Below the pieces are notes generated by a model. The model was not told the DNA's origin. It worked only from the letters and a program-made list of their open reading frames with translations, and ran no database searches. This document shows, one piece after another, positions 22,123-31,737 of a stretch of 64,000 nucleotides of DNA. The stretch's first letter is position 1; every line of letters starts with the position of its first letter. The stretch covers positions 2,624,001 to 2,688,000 of the forward strand of contig OZ245015.1 in assembly GCA_965223705.1 (NCBI GenBank), given 5' to 3'. The translations under genes were made by a program, and so were the position numbers. The DNA comes from Myxococcota bacterium (GTDB lineage Bacteria > Myxococcota_A > UBA9160 > UBA6930).

Positions 22123-23430
22123 TTGGTTCTCAATTGGATCTGGCTGGGACTGGTCGTCATCTCCGTCCTTTTCGCCGCATGGACCGGTCGGATGGGGGAT
22201 GTTTCCACCGCATCCCTGCAGAGTGCGAAGGACGCGATCCACCTCGTTATCGGATTGACGGGCGGGATGATCTTTTTTCTCGGTCTCGTCAAGGTCGCGT
22301 CGGACGGCGGACTGCTGCGCGGCATTGTCCGCGCCCTCTCTCCGGTGCTGCGCCGCCTGTTCCCCGACCTACCGCAGGAGCATCCCGCCATGCGCGCGAT
22401 GCTGATGAATTTTGCCGCGAATGTCCTGGGCCTCGGGAACGCCGCTACGCCTTTTGGTCTCAAGGCCATGGTCGAACTGAACCGTGGCAATCCTCACCCG
22501 GGTTCGGCGACGAATGCGATGGCGCTGTTCCTCGCGATCAACACATCGTCGATCGTGCTCCTGCCGCCCACCGGAACCGTCATGGTGCGACTCGCGGCGG
22601 ATTCGGCGGCACCGTTCGCAATTTGGCTCCCCACCCTGTTCGCGACGTTGTGTTCCACGACCGCCGCGATCACAGGCTGCCTCCTCCTCCAGCGCATCCC
22701 CTTCTTTCGACCGCGGCCGCCCCAAGGCGGAGCGGGGGATGTTTCGGTTCCCGACGACCTTCCCGAGCCCGAAGCCCTCGACGCCGCTCCCAGCGAGTCG
22801 CCGGGTTGGCGCAAGCCCGTCGCCTGGCTGGTGATGGCGGCCGTCGTGGTCGGAATCGGCTTCGAGGCGCGCGAGCTCCTGGCGCGCGAAGGCGGAGATG
22901 CCGTCCTCAAGGCGCTCGCGCGCGACTGGGTCCTGCCCCTTCTGATCCTGACCTTCGTTCTCGTCGGGTTCGTGGGCCGTGTACGGGTTTATGAGGCTCT
23001 CGTCGAAGGGGGCAAGGACGGCCTGTCCGTGGCGGTGCGCATCGCCCCTTACCTCGTCGCGATCATGGTCGCGGTCGGAATGTTCCGCGCGTCCGGGGCC
23101 CTGGACTTGCTGGTCGGTGTGCTCGACCCCCTGACGCGACTGATCGGCGTTCCGGCGGAAGCCCTCCCGATGGCTCTCTTGCGACCCCTGTCCGGCTCCG
23201 GCGCCTTTGGCGTGATGGCGGAGATCGTCAACGAGCACGGCCCCGACACCTTCATCGGTTACTTGACGAGTACCCTGCAAGGATCCACAGAGACGACGTT
23301 TTACGTCTTGGCGGTCTACCTCGGAGCCGCGGGGATTCGCGATGCCCGCCATATCTTGCCCGCGTGCCTCATCGGGGATGCCGCCGGCTTCCTGGGCGCC
23401 GTCGCAGCTTGTCACGTGTTCTTCGGATGA
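22123..23430 (+). CDS. Fused SpmA/SpmB (nucleoside-recognition/gate domain) membrane protein
   Basis: ANVLGLGNAATPFGLKAM, FLAINTSS, LRPLSGSGA, GSTETTFYVLAVY. TTG start 22123 after AGGAG. Confidence 0.88.
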   Translation: MVLNWIWLGLVVISVLFAAWTGRMGDVSTASLQSAKDAIHLVIGLTGGMIFFLGLVKVASDGGLLRGIVRALSPVLRRLFPDLPQEHPAMRAMLMNFAANVLGLGNAATPFGLKAMVELNRGNPHPGSATNAMALFLAINTSSIVLLPPTGTVMVRLAADSAAPFAIWLPTLFATLCSTTAAITGCLLLQRIPFFRPRPPQGGAGDVSVPDDLPEPEALDAAPSESPGWRKPVAWLVMAAVVVGIGFEARELLAREGGDAVLKALARDWVLPLLILTFVLVGFVGRVRVYEALVEGGKDGLSVAVRIAPYLVAIMVAVGMFRASGALDLLVGVLDPLTRLIGVPAEALPMALLRPLSGSGAFGVMAEIVNEHGPDTFIGYLTSTLQGSTETTFYVLAVYLGAAGIRDARHILPACLIGDAAGFLGAVAACHVFFG

Positions 23431-24431
23431 GCGAAGAAGCAGACGCCTTGCCCGCTGTGGTCCGTCGCGAATTGGGACGTGAGATCGTCGCACGTCGAGA
23501 GCTGGCTCCCGGCCTGGGCTCGCGACGCTTTATCCGGCTATCGCTCGACGCCGCGCCGACGCACGTGATCGCACGTCTCGAGACGCCCCGCGCTTCGACA
23601 GGCGGAGAACCGCCTCTCGAGCCACTTCGCACCATTCTCGAACAGGCCGATCTCCCGGTCCCGAAGCGCTTCGGCGGTGACCCGTCTCGCGGCATCGATC
23701 TCCTCGAGGACGTGGGGGACGAGAACTTGGAAATCCGGTCCGCCCGACTCGATCCCGACGCGTTCGAAGCGCTCATCGCGAGGATCCTCGCGGACCTCCC
23801 CCGGCTGCAGGCCATCACCGGGCCCGCCGATCTTCCCGCGCTGGGTCGGCGGCTCGACAGCGACCTCATCGCGCTGAAGGGCCGTGTGTTCGCGCGTTAC
23901 TCGTTGCGCGGGTCCGCTGATGCCGTCGTGGAAGAGGGCTTCCGGGCGATCGCAGAACGTCTCGCCGGTGCCCCGATGCGCCTGGCCCATCGGGACTTCC
24001 AAAGTCAGAACATTTTCATCCAGCAACGCGAGGGCAAGGCCATCCCGCGTTGGATCGACATTCAAGGCGCGTTTCTCGCACCGCCCGAGTACGACGCCGT
24101 CTGCCTGCTGCGAGACTCCTACCTCGAGTTTCCCGAAGGGTCGGTCTCCCGGCTCATCGCCGGCCTGCGGCCCTCCCTGCCCGATGCGCCGAGCCAGCGC
24201 GCCTTCGCCGAGCGGTTTTCGCTCCTCTCGCTCGCGCGCAAAGGCAAGGACCACGGGCGCTTTCTCGAGGCCGCCCGAAAAAGAGGCGACCGCCGCTACC
24301 TCCGCTACACGCGACGGACGTGGCAATTGGTGCGAGCCGCGGCGAGCGAATGCGCGGGGTTCGATCCACGCCTCGAAAGACTCAACGAGGTCGTTGCCGC
24401 GATGCCGCCCGAGCAGGCGTGCGAGGCCTAG
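23427..24431 (+). CDS. amgK: Aminoglycoside-phosphotransferase family, anomeric MurNAc/GlcNAc kinase AmgK-like
   Basis: SRRFIR, LLEDVGD, HRDFQSQNI, IDIQGA, YDAVCLLRD; directly upstream of a MurU-like gene; ATGA overlap with spmAB. Confidence 0.72.
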   Translation: MSEEADALPAVVRRELGREIVARRELAPGLGSRRFIRLSLDAAPTHVIARLETPRASTGGEPPLEPLRTILEQADLPVPKRFGGDPSRGIDLLEDVGDENLEIRSARLDPDAFEALIARILADLPRLQAITGPADLPALGRRLDSDLIALKGRVFARYSLRGSADAVVEEGFRAIAERLAGAPMRLAHRDFQSQNIFIQQREGKAIPRWIDIQGAFLAPPEYDAVCLLRDSYLEFPEGSVSRLIAGLRPSLPDAPSQRAFAERFSLLSLARKGKDHGRFLEAARKRGDRRYLRYTRRTWQLVRAAASECAGFDPRLERLNEVVAAMPPEQACEA

Positions 24432-24450
24432 TGGCCGGCGTGGAGCACGC

Positions 24451-25392
24451 ATGCGCGGAATGATCGTCGCCGCGGGACTCGGGACGCGTCTCCGACCGCT
24501 GACCGAGCTGTGCCCCAAGCCAGCCCTCCCGGTCCGGGGCGTTCCCTTGATCGCCTACAACTTGCGGTTGCTCGCAGCGGCGGGCGTCGACGAAGTCGTG
24601 ATCAATACGCATCATCTCCCGGCCATCCTCGAGCGGGAAGCGCGAGCCTGGTGCCCGTCGGGCGTAACGCTGCGATTCTCCTACGAGCGGGAGCTCCTCG
24701 ACACCGGGGGCGGCATCCGTCGGGTCGTCGATTTTCTCCGCGAGAGCGACCCCGCGATCGTGATCGGCGGCGACATGCTCATCGACTTCGATCTCGAGGT
24801 GCTGCTGGCCGCCCATCGCCAGAGCGGCGCGGCGATCTCGACCCTGCTCCTCGACGACCCAAGGGCGTCCCGGTTCGGTACGATCGGAATCGATGATGAC
24901 GGGCGCGTGCGACGCATCGCGAATCGCTTTCGCGCCCGGGGCGCGCCGGAGACGAGGTGCGGCCTCTATACCTGGGTCAACGTGTTCCGCCCCGAGTCCT
25001 ACGACTACATGCCCGAGCGAGATCGATTCAGCCACTTCGACGCGTGGTGGATCCCGGTTATCGAAGCCGACCCGGACGCGGTCCGCGGCTCCCTCGTTTC
25101 GCGAGACACCTGCCGGTGGGAACCCGTGGGAACGCCCGAGGAGTACCTCCAGGTGAACTTCGACGTGCCGCCGCCCGCGTTTTTTGACGTTGCCGCAGAG
25201 GCGGCGCGCACGGGCGCGACACTCCGTCCCGGCCGCGTGGTGGGTCGCGACTGCACCGTCGCCGGCGAAGCCAACCTCGAGCGCGTCGTCGTCTGGGACG
25301 GTCAGCAGGTCCCCCCCGGTCGCTATCGCGACGGCGTCTTTGCCGACGGACGCTTCATCCCGCTCCTCGAGGCGCCGGGAGGGGCCGCGTGA
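24451..25392 (+). CDS. murU: Sugar-phosphate nucleotidyltransferase, MurU-like
   Basis: MIVAAGLGTRLRPLT..PKP, ELLDTGGGI, VGTPEEY; paired with the AmgK-like gene. Confidence 0.72.
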   Translation: MRGMIVAAGLGTRLRPLTELCPKPALPVRGVPLIAYNLRLLAAAGVDEVVINTHHLPAILEREARAWCPSGVTLRFSYERELLDTGGGIRRVVDFLRESDPAIVIGGDMLIDFDLEVLLAAHRQSGAAISTLLLDDPRASRFGTIGIDDDGRVRRIANRFRARGAPETRCGLYTWVNVFRPESYDYMPERDRFSHFDAWWIPVIEADPDAVRGSLVSRDTCRWEPVGTPEEYLQVNFDVPPPAFFDVAAEAARTGATLRPGRVVGRDCTVAGEANLERVVVWDGQQVPPGRYRDGVFADGRFIPLLEAPGGAA

Positions 25393-26126
25393 GCGAGCTG
25401 GTACTCGTCGGCACTTCGGACGCCTTTGGTTCGGGCGGGCGGCGGCAGTCCGCCTATTTGATCCGCGGGGAGAACGGAGGCGCCCTTCTCGACTGCGGCG
25501 CGACGACACTGATGGGGCTCGCGGAGATGAGCATCGAGCGAGCCGAAATCGACACGATCGTCGTGTCCCACTTTCACGCCGACCACTTCGGTGGCATTCC
25601 CCTGTTTCTTCTGGCTTCGATGTACGAGGACCAGCGCACGGCGCCGCTTCAGATCGCCGGTCCTCCGGGCGTCGAGAGTCGCGTCCGCGGCGCAGCCCAA
25701 GCTCTCGGGCACCGAATCGAAAACCACCGGTGGAGCTTTCCGATCGAATTCGTCGAACTGCGCGCCGGCGTGCGCCGACCGACGGGGCCGATCGAAGTCG
25801 AGCCCTTCGAGACGCATCACACCCCCGATGCGAACCCTCACGGGTTCGTCGTCACGGTCGGCGCGCGCAAACTCGCCTACTCCGGCGACACCGGATGGTT
25901 TGACACGCTCCCGCGCCGCGTCGCGGGTAGCGAGCTCTTCCTGTGTGAGTGCACGCAGGTCACGCGAGATTACCCGTTCCACTTGAGCCTCGAAGAGCTC
26001 CGGGCGCGCCGCGACGAGTTCGACTGCGGCAGAATCCTGCTCACTCACTTGGGGTCGGCGATGCGCGCGCGAAAAGATTTCGACCGTTTCGAGGTGGCCG
26101 ACGACGGCATGCGGATCCGGTTCTAG
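25389..26126 (+). CDS. MBL-fold metallohydrolase (RNase Z-like phosphoesterase)
   Basis: GTSDAFG, LDCG, HFHADH, YSGDT, LTHL; GTGA overlap with murU. Confidence 0.85.
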   Translation: MSELVLVGTSDAFGSGGRRQSAYLIRGENGGALLDCGATTLMGLAEMSIERAEIDTIVVSHFHADHFGGIPLFLLASMYEDQRTAPLQIAGPPGVESRVRGAAQALGHRIENHRWSFPIEFVELRAGVRRPTGPIEVEPFETHHTPDANPHGFVVTVGARKLAYSGDTGWFDTLPRRVAGSELFLCECTQVTRDYPFHLSLEELRARRDEFDCGRILLTHLGSAMRARKDFDRFEVADDGMRIRF

Positions 26127-27262
26127 CGGGGCCTCGGAAGCCCCACGAATTCGCCCAACACGCGAGCGGAGGCGGCGCCCGTGCAGCGCGGCAGATGGTT
26201 GACCTGCCCGCACAACGCGTTGCGACCCATGAGCGAGAACGCGATGGCTTCCGCTGCATCCGGGGAAACACCGAGCGAACCCATATCGACGACCGGCGCC
26301 GGGGAGAGGCGCGATTCAATCGCCGAGACAAGAGCCGGGTTCTTGGCCCCGCCGCCGCCGACGACCACGCGATCGGGAGGCCCCTCCGGCAAGAACTCCC
26401 GACAAGCTCCGGCAAACGCTTCGGCCGAAAACGCCACGAGCGTGGCAACGAGCTCCGGGAGCCCGAGGTCGGCGCGCTTCACCAAAGCTTCCGCCTCGGC
26501 GAGACCATAGTGCTCCCGACCGGTGGATTTCGGCGGCGTGCGTCTGAGGAAGGGGTCCGCCAGGAGCTCCGCCAGCAAGTCCTCGTCGACGGTTCCGGAA
26601 GCTGCGAGGCTGCCATCCCGATCGAAGCGCTCGACGCCTTCCGTCGCCAGTGTGACGACGCCGTCGATGAGCGCGTTCGCAGGACCGCAGTCGAACGCCA
26701 TGACGTCGTCCTCGCCGCAGCCTCGCGGCAGCCACGTCAAGTTCGCGATACCGCCCAGATTGAGGACCACGCGAGACTCGTCTTCCGAACGAAAGGCGAC
26801 CCAATGAAAGAACGGTGCGAGAGGCGCGCCTTCTCCTCCCGCCGCGAGATCCCGCGCCCGGAAGTCGGCGATCACCGTCGAGCCCGTCCGCTCCGCGATG
26901 ACCGAAGGATCGCCGATTTGAAGGCTGGCCCGACGTTCCGGATGGTGCGCGACGGTTTGTCCGTGCGATGCGATCGCGACGTCGGATAGCGGAATCCCGG
27001 CGTCCGCGGCCACAGCCGCCGCTGCGGCTGCGAAATGCGCGCCGAGCAGAACGTCGAGGCCGGCGAGCTCGGCGAGGACCTCCTCGGAAGGCAGCCGCAA
27101 CGCGGCCAACCGGTGAATCCGCTGCTGAAGCTCTCGAGGTAGTGGATCTTCGCGATAGGCGACGAGTTCGAAGGGAACCGGGGGACCGGCGTCGGGCCAG
27201 CGCACAAGCGCGGCGTCGATCGCGTCGGCCGAGGTTCCGGACATCAATCCGATGACGTACAC
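26123..27262 (-). CDS. anmK: Anhydro-N-acetylmuramic acid kinase
   Basis: IGLMSGTSADAID, SHGQTVAH, DLAAGGEGAPL, NLGGIAN, FDCGPAN, PKSTGRE. Confidence 0.95.
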   Translation of the reverse strand: MYVIGLMSGTSADAIDAALVRWPDAGPPVPFELVAYREDPLPRELQQRIHRLAALRLPSEEVLAELAGLDVLLGAHFAAAAAAVAADAGIPLSDVAIASHGQTVAHHPERRASLQIGDPSVIAERTGSTVIADFRARDLAAGGEGAPLAPFFHWVAFRSEDESRVVLNLGGIANLTWLPRGCGEDDVMAFDCGPANALIDGVVTLATEGVERFDRDGSLAASGTVDEDLLAELLADPFLRRTPPKSTGREHYGLAEAEALVKRADLGLPELVATLVAFSAEAFAGACREFLPEGPPDRVVVGGGGAKNPALVSAIESRLSPAPVVDMGSLGVSPDAAEAIAFSLMGRNALCGQVNHLPRCTGAASARVLGEFVGLPRPR

Positions 27263-27327
27263 GCAGCCCCCTCACGACGAGTATGACGTTCGCGCGGACA
27301 ACCGGGTAGCACCGCCGGCCGACCGCG

Positions 27328-27356
27328 TTGACAGCCCGCTAGGACCGCCGAATACT
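27328..27356 (+). promoter_or_regulatory. Sigma-70 promoter of the glycosyltransferase cluster
   Basis: TTGACA-N17-AATACT. Confidence 0.6.
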
Positions 27357-27438
27357 CGTTTTCGGTAGGTCGGGCGCCCCGATCAAGCCCCAAAGAGGCT
27401 CGCTCGTTGACGAAAGCAACCCTTCCCGGTCGGCGACC

Positions 27439-27681
27439 GTGACCGACTCATCGCGAAGTCAGGGCGGCCTGATCTGTGTCGCCGCCGTGCTCGTCGGACT
27501 CATCTTTCTGGCGGGCCTTCTCGCGCGGAGCTGGTGGGCTGTAGCGATCCCGGTCGCCATCGCGCTGCTCTTTGTCCTCGGCCTCGTCTTTTGGGTCGGA
27601 TGGACCATCATGACGGTGGACCTCGACCCCGAGCCGCCGCCGGCGGACCCAGCCCCCCCTGCGGAGCAAGACGCTGACTGA
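27439..27681 (+). CDS. Small two-TM hypothetical membrane protein
   Basis: Two hydrophobic stretches and an acidic, Pro-rich tail; downstream of the promoter. Confidence 0.7.
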   Translation: MTDSSRSQGGLICVAAVLVGLIFLAGLLARSWWAVAIPVAIALLFVLGLVFWVGWTIMTVDLDPEPPPADPAPPAEQDAD

Positions 27682-27769
27682 CGCGCGCCTCCTCTCGCTC
27701 CGGAGTCAGCGTTGCGCGTCGCTTTCTTGATTCGGAACGACCCGTGCGAACCGCACTCCTGATTCGGAA

Positions 27770-29023
27770 TTGCCTGTGCGAATCGCGCTCCTGACGTACC
27801 GCGGCAACATGTTTTGCGGCGGTCAGGGCATCTACGCGTCCCACATCGCCGAAGAACTCCGAGCGCTGGGTTGCGATGTCCACGTCATTGCGGGCCCGCC
27901 GCTTCCCGAGCTCCCTTCGGGCATTCCGCTGCACGAAATCCCGAACGAGAATGTGTTCGGCGTGCCCCTCGCAGAGTGGGCCGAGACGCACGACCCGCGG
28001 CGACTCCTGGCACCGCTGTCTGCGTGGGAAGCGCTGGTTTCTCGGGTCGGTGTCTTTCCCGAAATGCAAACTTTCGGAGCGCGTCTTTTTCTCCGCTGGC
28101 CCACCTTGATGAAACAACATCGATTCGATGTGGTCCTCGACAATCAGAGCTTGACCTGGGGCCTCCTCGGACTGCGCGCGTTGGGCACGCCCGTGGTGGG
28201 TGTCATCCATCACCCCTTACACATCGACCGGGAAGCCGATTTCGCGATCGACCGGACGCTCAAACAGCGGGTCCGCCGCACGCTCTACTTTCCGATGTGG
28301 ATGCAGCAACGCGTCGCACCGAGACTCGATCGCATCGTGACGGTCAGCGAGGCTTCGCGTCGCGAGATCGCGTTGCGCTTCGGGATCCCCGAAAAGCGAA
28401 TCGACGTGGTGTGGAACGGAACCGACGCGGAGCTCTTCCGGCCCCACCCCGAGGTACCGAAAGAAACCGATCTGGTCTTCGTCGGCCGCACGGAGGATCG
28501 CAAGAAAGGGATCGGCACGCTGATCGAGGCTCTCGGGGCGTTGCCGGGGGTCACGCTCAAAATCGTCGATGGGCGCATCCCGGATCATGGCCTCGTTCCC
28601 CGCCTGCTTCGGAAGCACGGTGTCGAGGACCGCGTCGTGCTCGACCGCCGACTTCTCGAACGCGACGAGCTCGCAGCGACCTATACGACTGCCCGCATCG
28701 CCGTCGTCCCTTCTTTCTTCGAGGGCTTCGGTTTCCCCGCGACCGAAGCGATGGCGTGCGGCCTCCCGGTCGTCGCTCACGCGGTCGGCGCTCTACCGGA
28801 GCTACTCGGAAGCGACGATCGCTGCGGGCGACTCGTTCCGCCCCACAACCCGCCCGCCCTGGCGGCCGCCATCCGCTCGCTCCTCGATGAGCCGGGCGCG
28901 TGCGAAGCGGCCGGGGCCCGAGCGAGGGAGCGCGTCGTTCGCACGTTTCCCTGGCGCCAGGCGGGCGCGTCCCTGCTTCGGTGTCTGGAAGCCGTCGTGC
29001 GCGAGCGGCGCGGAGCCCGCTGA
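27770..29023 (+). CDS. Glycosyltransferase family 4
   Basis: RIALLTYRGNMFCGGQGIY, FEGFGFPATEAMACG (EX7E). The start may be GTG 27776. Confidence 0.9.
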   Translation: MPVRIALLTYRGNMFCGGQGIYASHIAEELRALGCDVHVIAGPPLPELPSGIPLHEIPNENVFGVPLAEWAETHDPRRLLAPLSAWEALVSRVGVFPEMQTFGARLFLRWPTLMKQHRFDVVLDNQSLTWGLLGLRALGTPVVGVIHHPLHIDREADFAIDRTLKQRVRRTLYFPMWMQQRVAPRLDRIVTVSEASRREIALRFGIPEKRIDVVWNGTDAELFRPHPEVPKETDLVFVGRTEDRKKGIGTLIEALGALPGVTLKIVDGRIPDHGLVPRLLRKHGVEDRVVLDRRLLERDELAATYTTARIAVVPSFFEGFGFPATEAMACGLPVVAHAVGALPELLGSDDRCGRLVPPHNPPALAAAIRSLLDEPGACEAAGARARERVVRTFPWRQAGASLLRCLEAVVRERRGAR

Positions 29024-29715
29024 TGCTGCTCACCGTCGATCTGGACGAGCTCGACGTGCGTCCCGGTGACCTCCTCCTCGACGCAGGGTGCGGAGAAGGT
29101 CGACATTGTGCGGGGGCACTCGATCGCGGCGCCCGCGTCATCGGCCTCGACATCGATCGCGCCGCTCTCGCCGCCGCACAGGCGACGTTGCGCGAGAGGC
29201 CCGGGCGCTCCGACCTGTTGCGAGGCGACGCGCTCGCACTCCCATTTCCCGATGCCCGCTTTGACCGCGTGATCTGCTCGGAAGTGATGGAACATGTCGA
29301 CGACTACAACGGGGCGCTCCGGGAGCTCGCGCGAATCACCCGTCCCGCGGGCCGGCTCGCCGTCACCGTGCCGACGGAGCTGAGCGAGAAACTCTACCTA
29401 CACCTTTCGGACGAATACTTCGAAAGTCCCGGCGGACACATCCGCATCTTCTCCCCGAAAAAACTCGCGCGCGCGATGCGTCGCGCGGGCTTCGAAGAGA
29501 TCCGAGCGGGCTTCGCCCACGCACTGCACACGCCCTACTGGGCGCTCCGAAATTTCGTCGGGCTCTCGGGTGCCGACGCGCGGCCGGTCGTCCGCGCATA
29601 CCGGATCGGTCTGCTGCGCGCGACGCAATCGCCGTTGGCCCACCGCCTGGAACGTATGCTGAATCGCGTATTCCCCAAGAGCCTGATCCTGTATGCCCGT
29701 CGCAGCGCACCCTGA
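29023..29715 (+). CDS. Class I SAM-dependent methyltransferase
   Basis: MLLTVD..., LDAGCGEGRH, LPFPDARFD, SEVMEH, GGHIRIF; TGATG coupling to the GT4 gene. Confidence 0.9.
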   Translation: MLLTVDLDELDVRPGDLLLDAGCGEGRHCAGALDRGARVIGLDIDRAALAAAQATLRERPGRSDLLRGDALALPFPDARFDRVICSEVMEHVDDYNGALRELARITRPAGRLAVTVPTELSEKLYLHLSDEYFESPGGHIRIFSPKKLARAMRRAGFEEIRAGFAHALHTPYWALRNFVGLSGADARPVVRAYRIGLLRATQSPLAHRLERMLNRVFPKSLILYARRSAP

Positions 29716-31063
29716 ACACCTCCGCGTCGCACTGCTCTCTTACCGGGGCAACATGCGGTGCGGTGGTCAAGGGGTCTATCTCTGGCACCTCGCGAGAGGT
29801 CTCGCCCGCCTGGGACACCGCGTCGAAGTCTGGTGCGGGCCTCCGTACCCGGACCCGATGCCTTTCGTCGAAGCCGTCCACAGACTTCCCGGAAACGAGT
29901 TCTTTGGGAAGTGGTTCAATCCAGATCGGCGGGGCTTCCTGCCCGAACCGCGACCGCTGTCCGTGCTCAAACCCCTGCCGTTTTACGAGCTGGGCGCGAG
30001 CTGGCTCGGGTTTCTCGTCGAGCCCGCGCTGTTCTCGCTGCGGGCCTTCGCGGCGGTAACTGCGCGCGCGCAGCGGACCGGCGCGTTCGACGTGGTTCAC
30101 GACGTGCAGTCGCTGGGCTATGGGCTCCTCGGATTGCGTGCTCGCGGGACTCCCGTCGTCTCCACCGTCCACCACCCCCTGACCGTCGATCGCGCCGCGT
30201 CTTTTCGCGCCGACCGAACGTTCCGTGACGCCGTCGGCACGGCGAAATTCTTCCCGATCGGGATGCAAGCTTTCGTGGCCCGTCGCATCGACGGGATCCT
30301 GACATCTTCGCGCTCGAGTGCCGCGCGGATTCACCGCGATTTTCGGGTACCGCGCGAACGCATCACGGATGTCGCGAACGGAGTCGATACCGACTGCTTC
30401 CGACCCCGCCCGCTGGCGCGCGAGCCGTCGACCGTGTTGTGTGTCGCCCGGGCGGCCGACCCCAACAAGGGTGTTCGAGACTTGGTGCGCGCACTCCGTC
30501 ACCTTCCAGACGACATCGCGCTCGAACTGGTCGACGATGCCGGTCCGAGCAACCCGGCGCGCGTCTGGGCGAAACGAGCCGGGGTGGCGCACCGCCTGAC
30601 GATCACCGGCGCGCTCCCGATCGACGTCTTGGCCGAACGCTACGCGCGGGCGACGCTCGTCGCCGTTCCTTCTCACCACGAAGGCTTCGGCCTGCCGGCC
30701 GTTGAAGCCATGGCGAGCGAGACTCCGGTTGTCGCCGCCGCCGGCGGCGCTTTGGCAGAAGTTCTCGCGGACGGAGGCGGAACCCTCGTCCCCGTCGGCC
30801 AAACCGAAGCGATGGCCGGCGCGATCCGCGAGCTCATCGCCCGACCGTCGCTGCGCGCGACCTTGGGGCAAAAAGGTCGCGAGATTGCCGTTCGCCGCTA
30901 CAGCTGGGCGTCGATCACAGACGCCACCTGCGATGTCTACCGAGCGGTACGTGGTGCGGGAGTCGCCGGTGATTTCGGCCTCCCGACGAGGATCAGTACG
31001 TCCGCGGCCCCCGGGAAAACGCCCGCCAATCGATCCGCGACTTCGAGCCACGCCCGCGCGTAG
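29693..31063 (+). CDS. Glycosyltransferase family 4 (paralogue)
   Basis: RVALLSYRGNMRCGGQGVY, HEGFGLPAVEAMAS. Confidence 0.9.
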   Translation: MPVAAHPEHLRVALLSYRGNMRCGGQGVYLWHLARGLARLGHRVEVWCGPPYPDPMPFVEAVHRLPGNEFFGKWFNPDRRGFLPEPRPLSVLKPLPFYELGASWLGFLVEPALFSLRAFAAVTARAQRTGAFDVVHDVQSLGYGLLGLRARGTPVVSTVHHPLTVDRAASFRADRTFRDAVGTAKFFPIGMQAFVARRIDGILTSSRSSAARIHRDFRVPRERITDVANGVDTDCFRPRPLAREPSTVLCVARAADPNKGVRDLVRALRHLPDDIALELVDDAGPSNPARVWAKRAGVAHRLTITGALPIDVLAERYARATLVAVPSHHEGFGLPAVEAMASETPVVAAAGGALAEVLADGGGTLVPVGQTEAMAGAIRELIARPSLRATLGQKGREIAVRRYSWASITDATCDVYRAVRGAGVAGDFGLPTRISTSAAPGKTPANRSATSSHARA

Positions 31064-31737
31064 GGAGGCGGGAACCGCGCGAGTATTCGTGCGTACGCCG
31101 CGAGTCCCCAGAAGAGCGACGTCCCCGAAACCTCGACATCCGCGAGGTGACGAGACGCTTGCGCGACGAGAAGGTCGGGGTCATAGCGCGTGAAGTGATC
31201 CGCCGGAACGTCGTAACTCCTTCGCCCGCGCGGGCTTCCCCCGCGCAAGCAGCGAAGCAGTTCGTCGGCGACGCGGCCAATGCGACACGCGAGCGCCTCG
31301 AAGTTCGCTACCGCGAGGACGACGCGGCCGGATCGCTTCGTGACACGCGCCATCTCCCGGATCGCTTGATCCGGTGCGTCGAAGTGGTCGAGCGCTCCCT
31401 TACAGATCGCGGCATCAAACGCTTCGTCGGGGAACGGCAGTGCGTCGCCAAAGGCGCGCACGAAAACCGGTGGGTTCACCGCCGGAGCGTGCATGCGAGC
31501 CCAGCGCATCATTCGCCGCGAGGGCTCGGCGCCGATCGCACGCGATCCGCGCGCCGCGAGTGCCACGGTGTCTTGCCCGAACCCGCTCGCGACATCGAGC
31601 ACCCGTCGCCCCGGCCCCGCGTTCGCGAAAGCCAACGTGCGCTCGGTCATCCGCTCGAAGAGGAACGTGCTGTCCGGCGTGCTCGCGACGGGAATCACGT
31701 CGGGCATATCGCGGTCGAGCTCAGCCGACCGCATCAC
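30937..31737 (-). CDS. Class I SAM-dependent methyltransferase
   Basis: VLDVASGFG, LPFPDEAFD, ALDHF, EMARVTK. Confidence 0.82.
   Translation of the reverse strand: MMRSAELDRDMPDVIPVASTPDSTFLFERMTERTLAFANAGPGRRVLDVASGFGQDTVALAARGSRAIGAEPSRRMMRWARMHAPAVNPPVFVRAFGDALPFPDEAFDAAICKGALDHFDAPDQAIREMARVTKRSGRVVLAVANFEALACRIGRVADELLRCLRGGSPRGRRSYDVPADHFTRYDPDLLVAQASRHLADVEVSGTSLFWGLAAYARILARFPPPYARAWLEVADRLAGVFPGAADVLILVGRPKSPATPAPRTAR

Noticed and set aside
21946..23430. Sporulation role for the spore-maturation (SpmAB) gene
   Set aside because: The name derives from Bacillus; nothing in the window indicates endospore formation.
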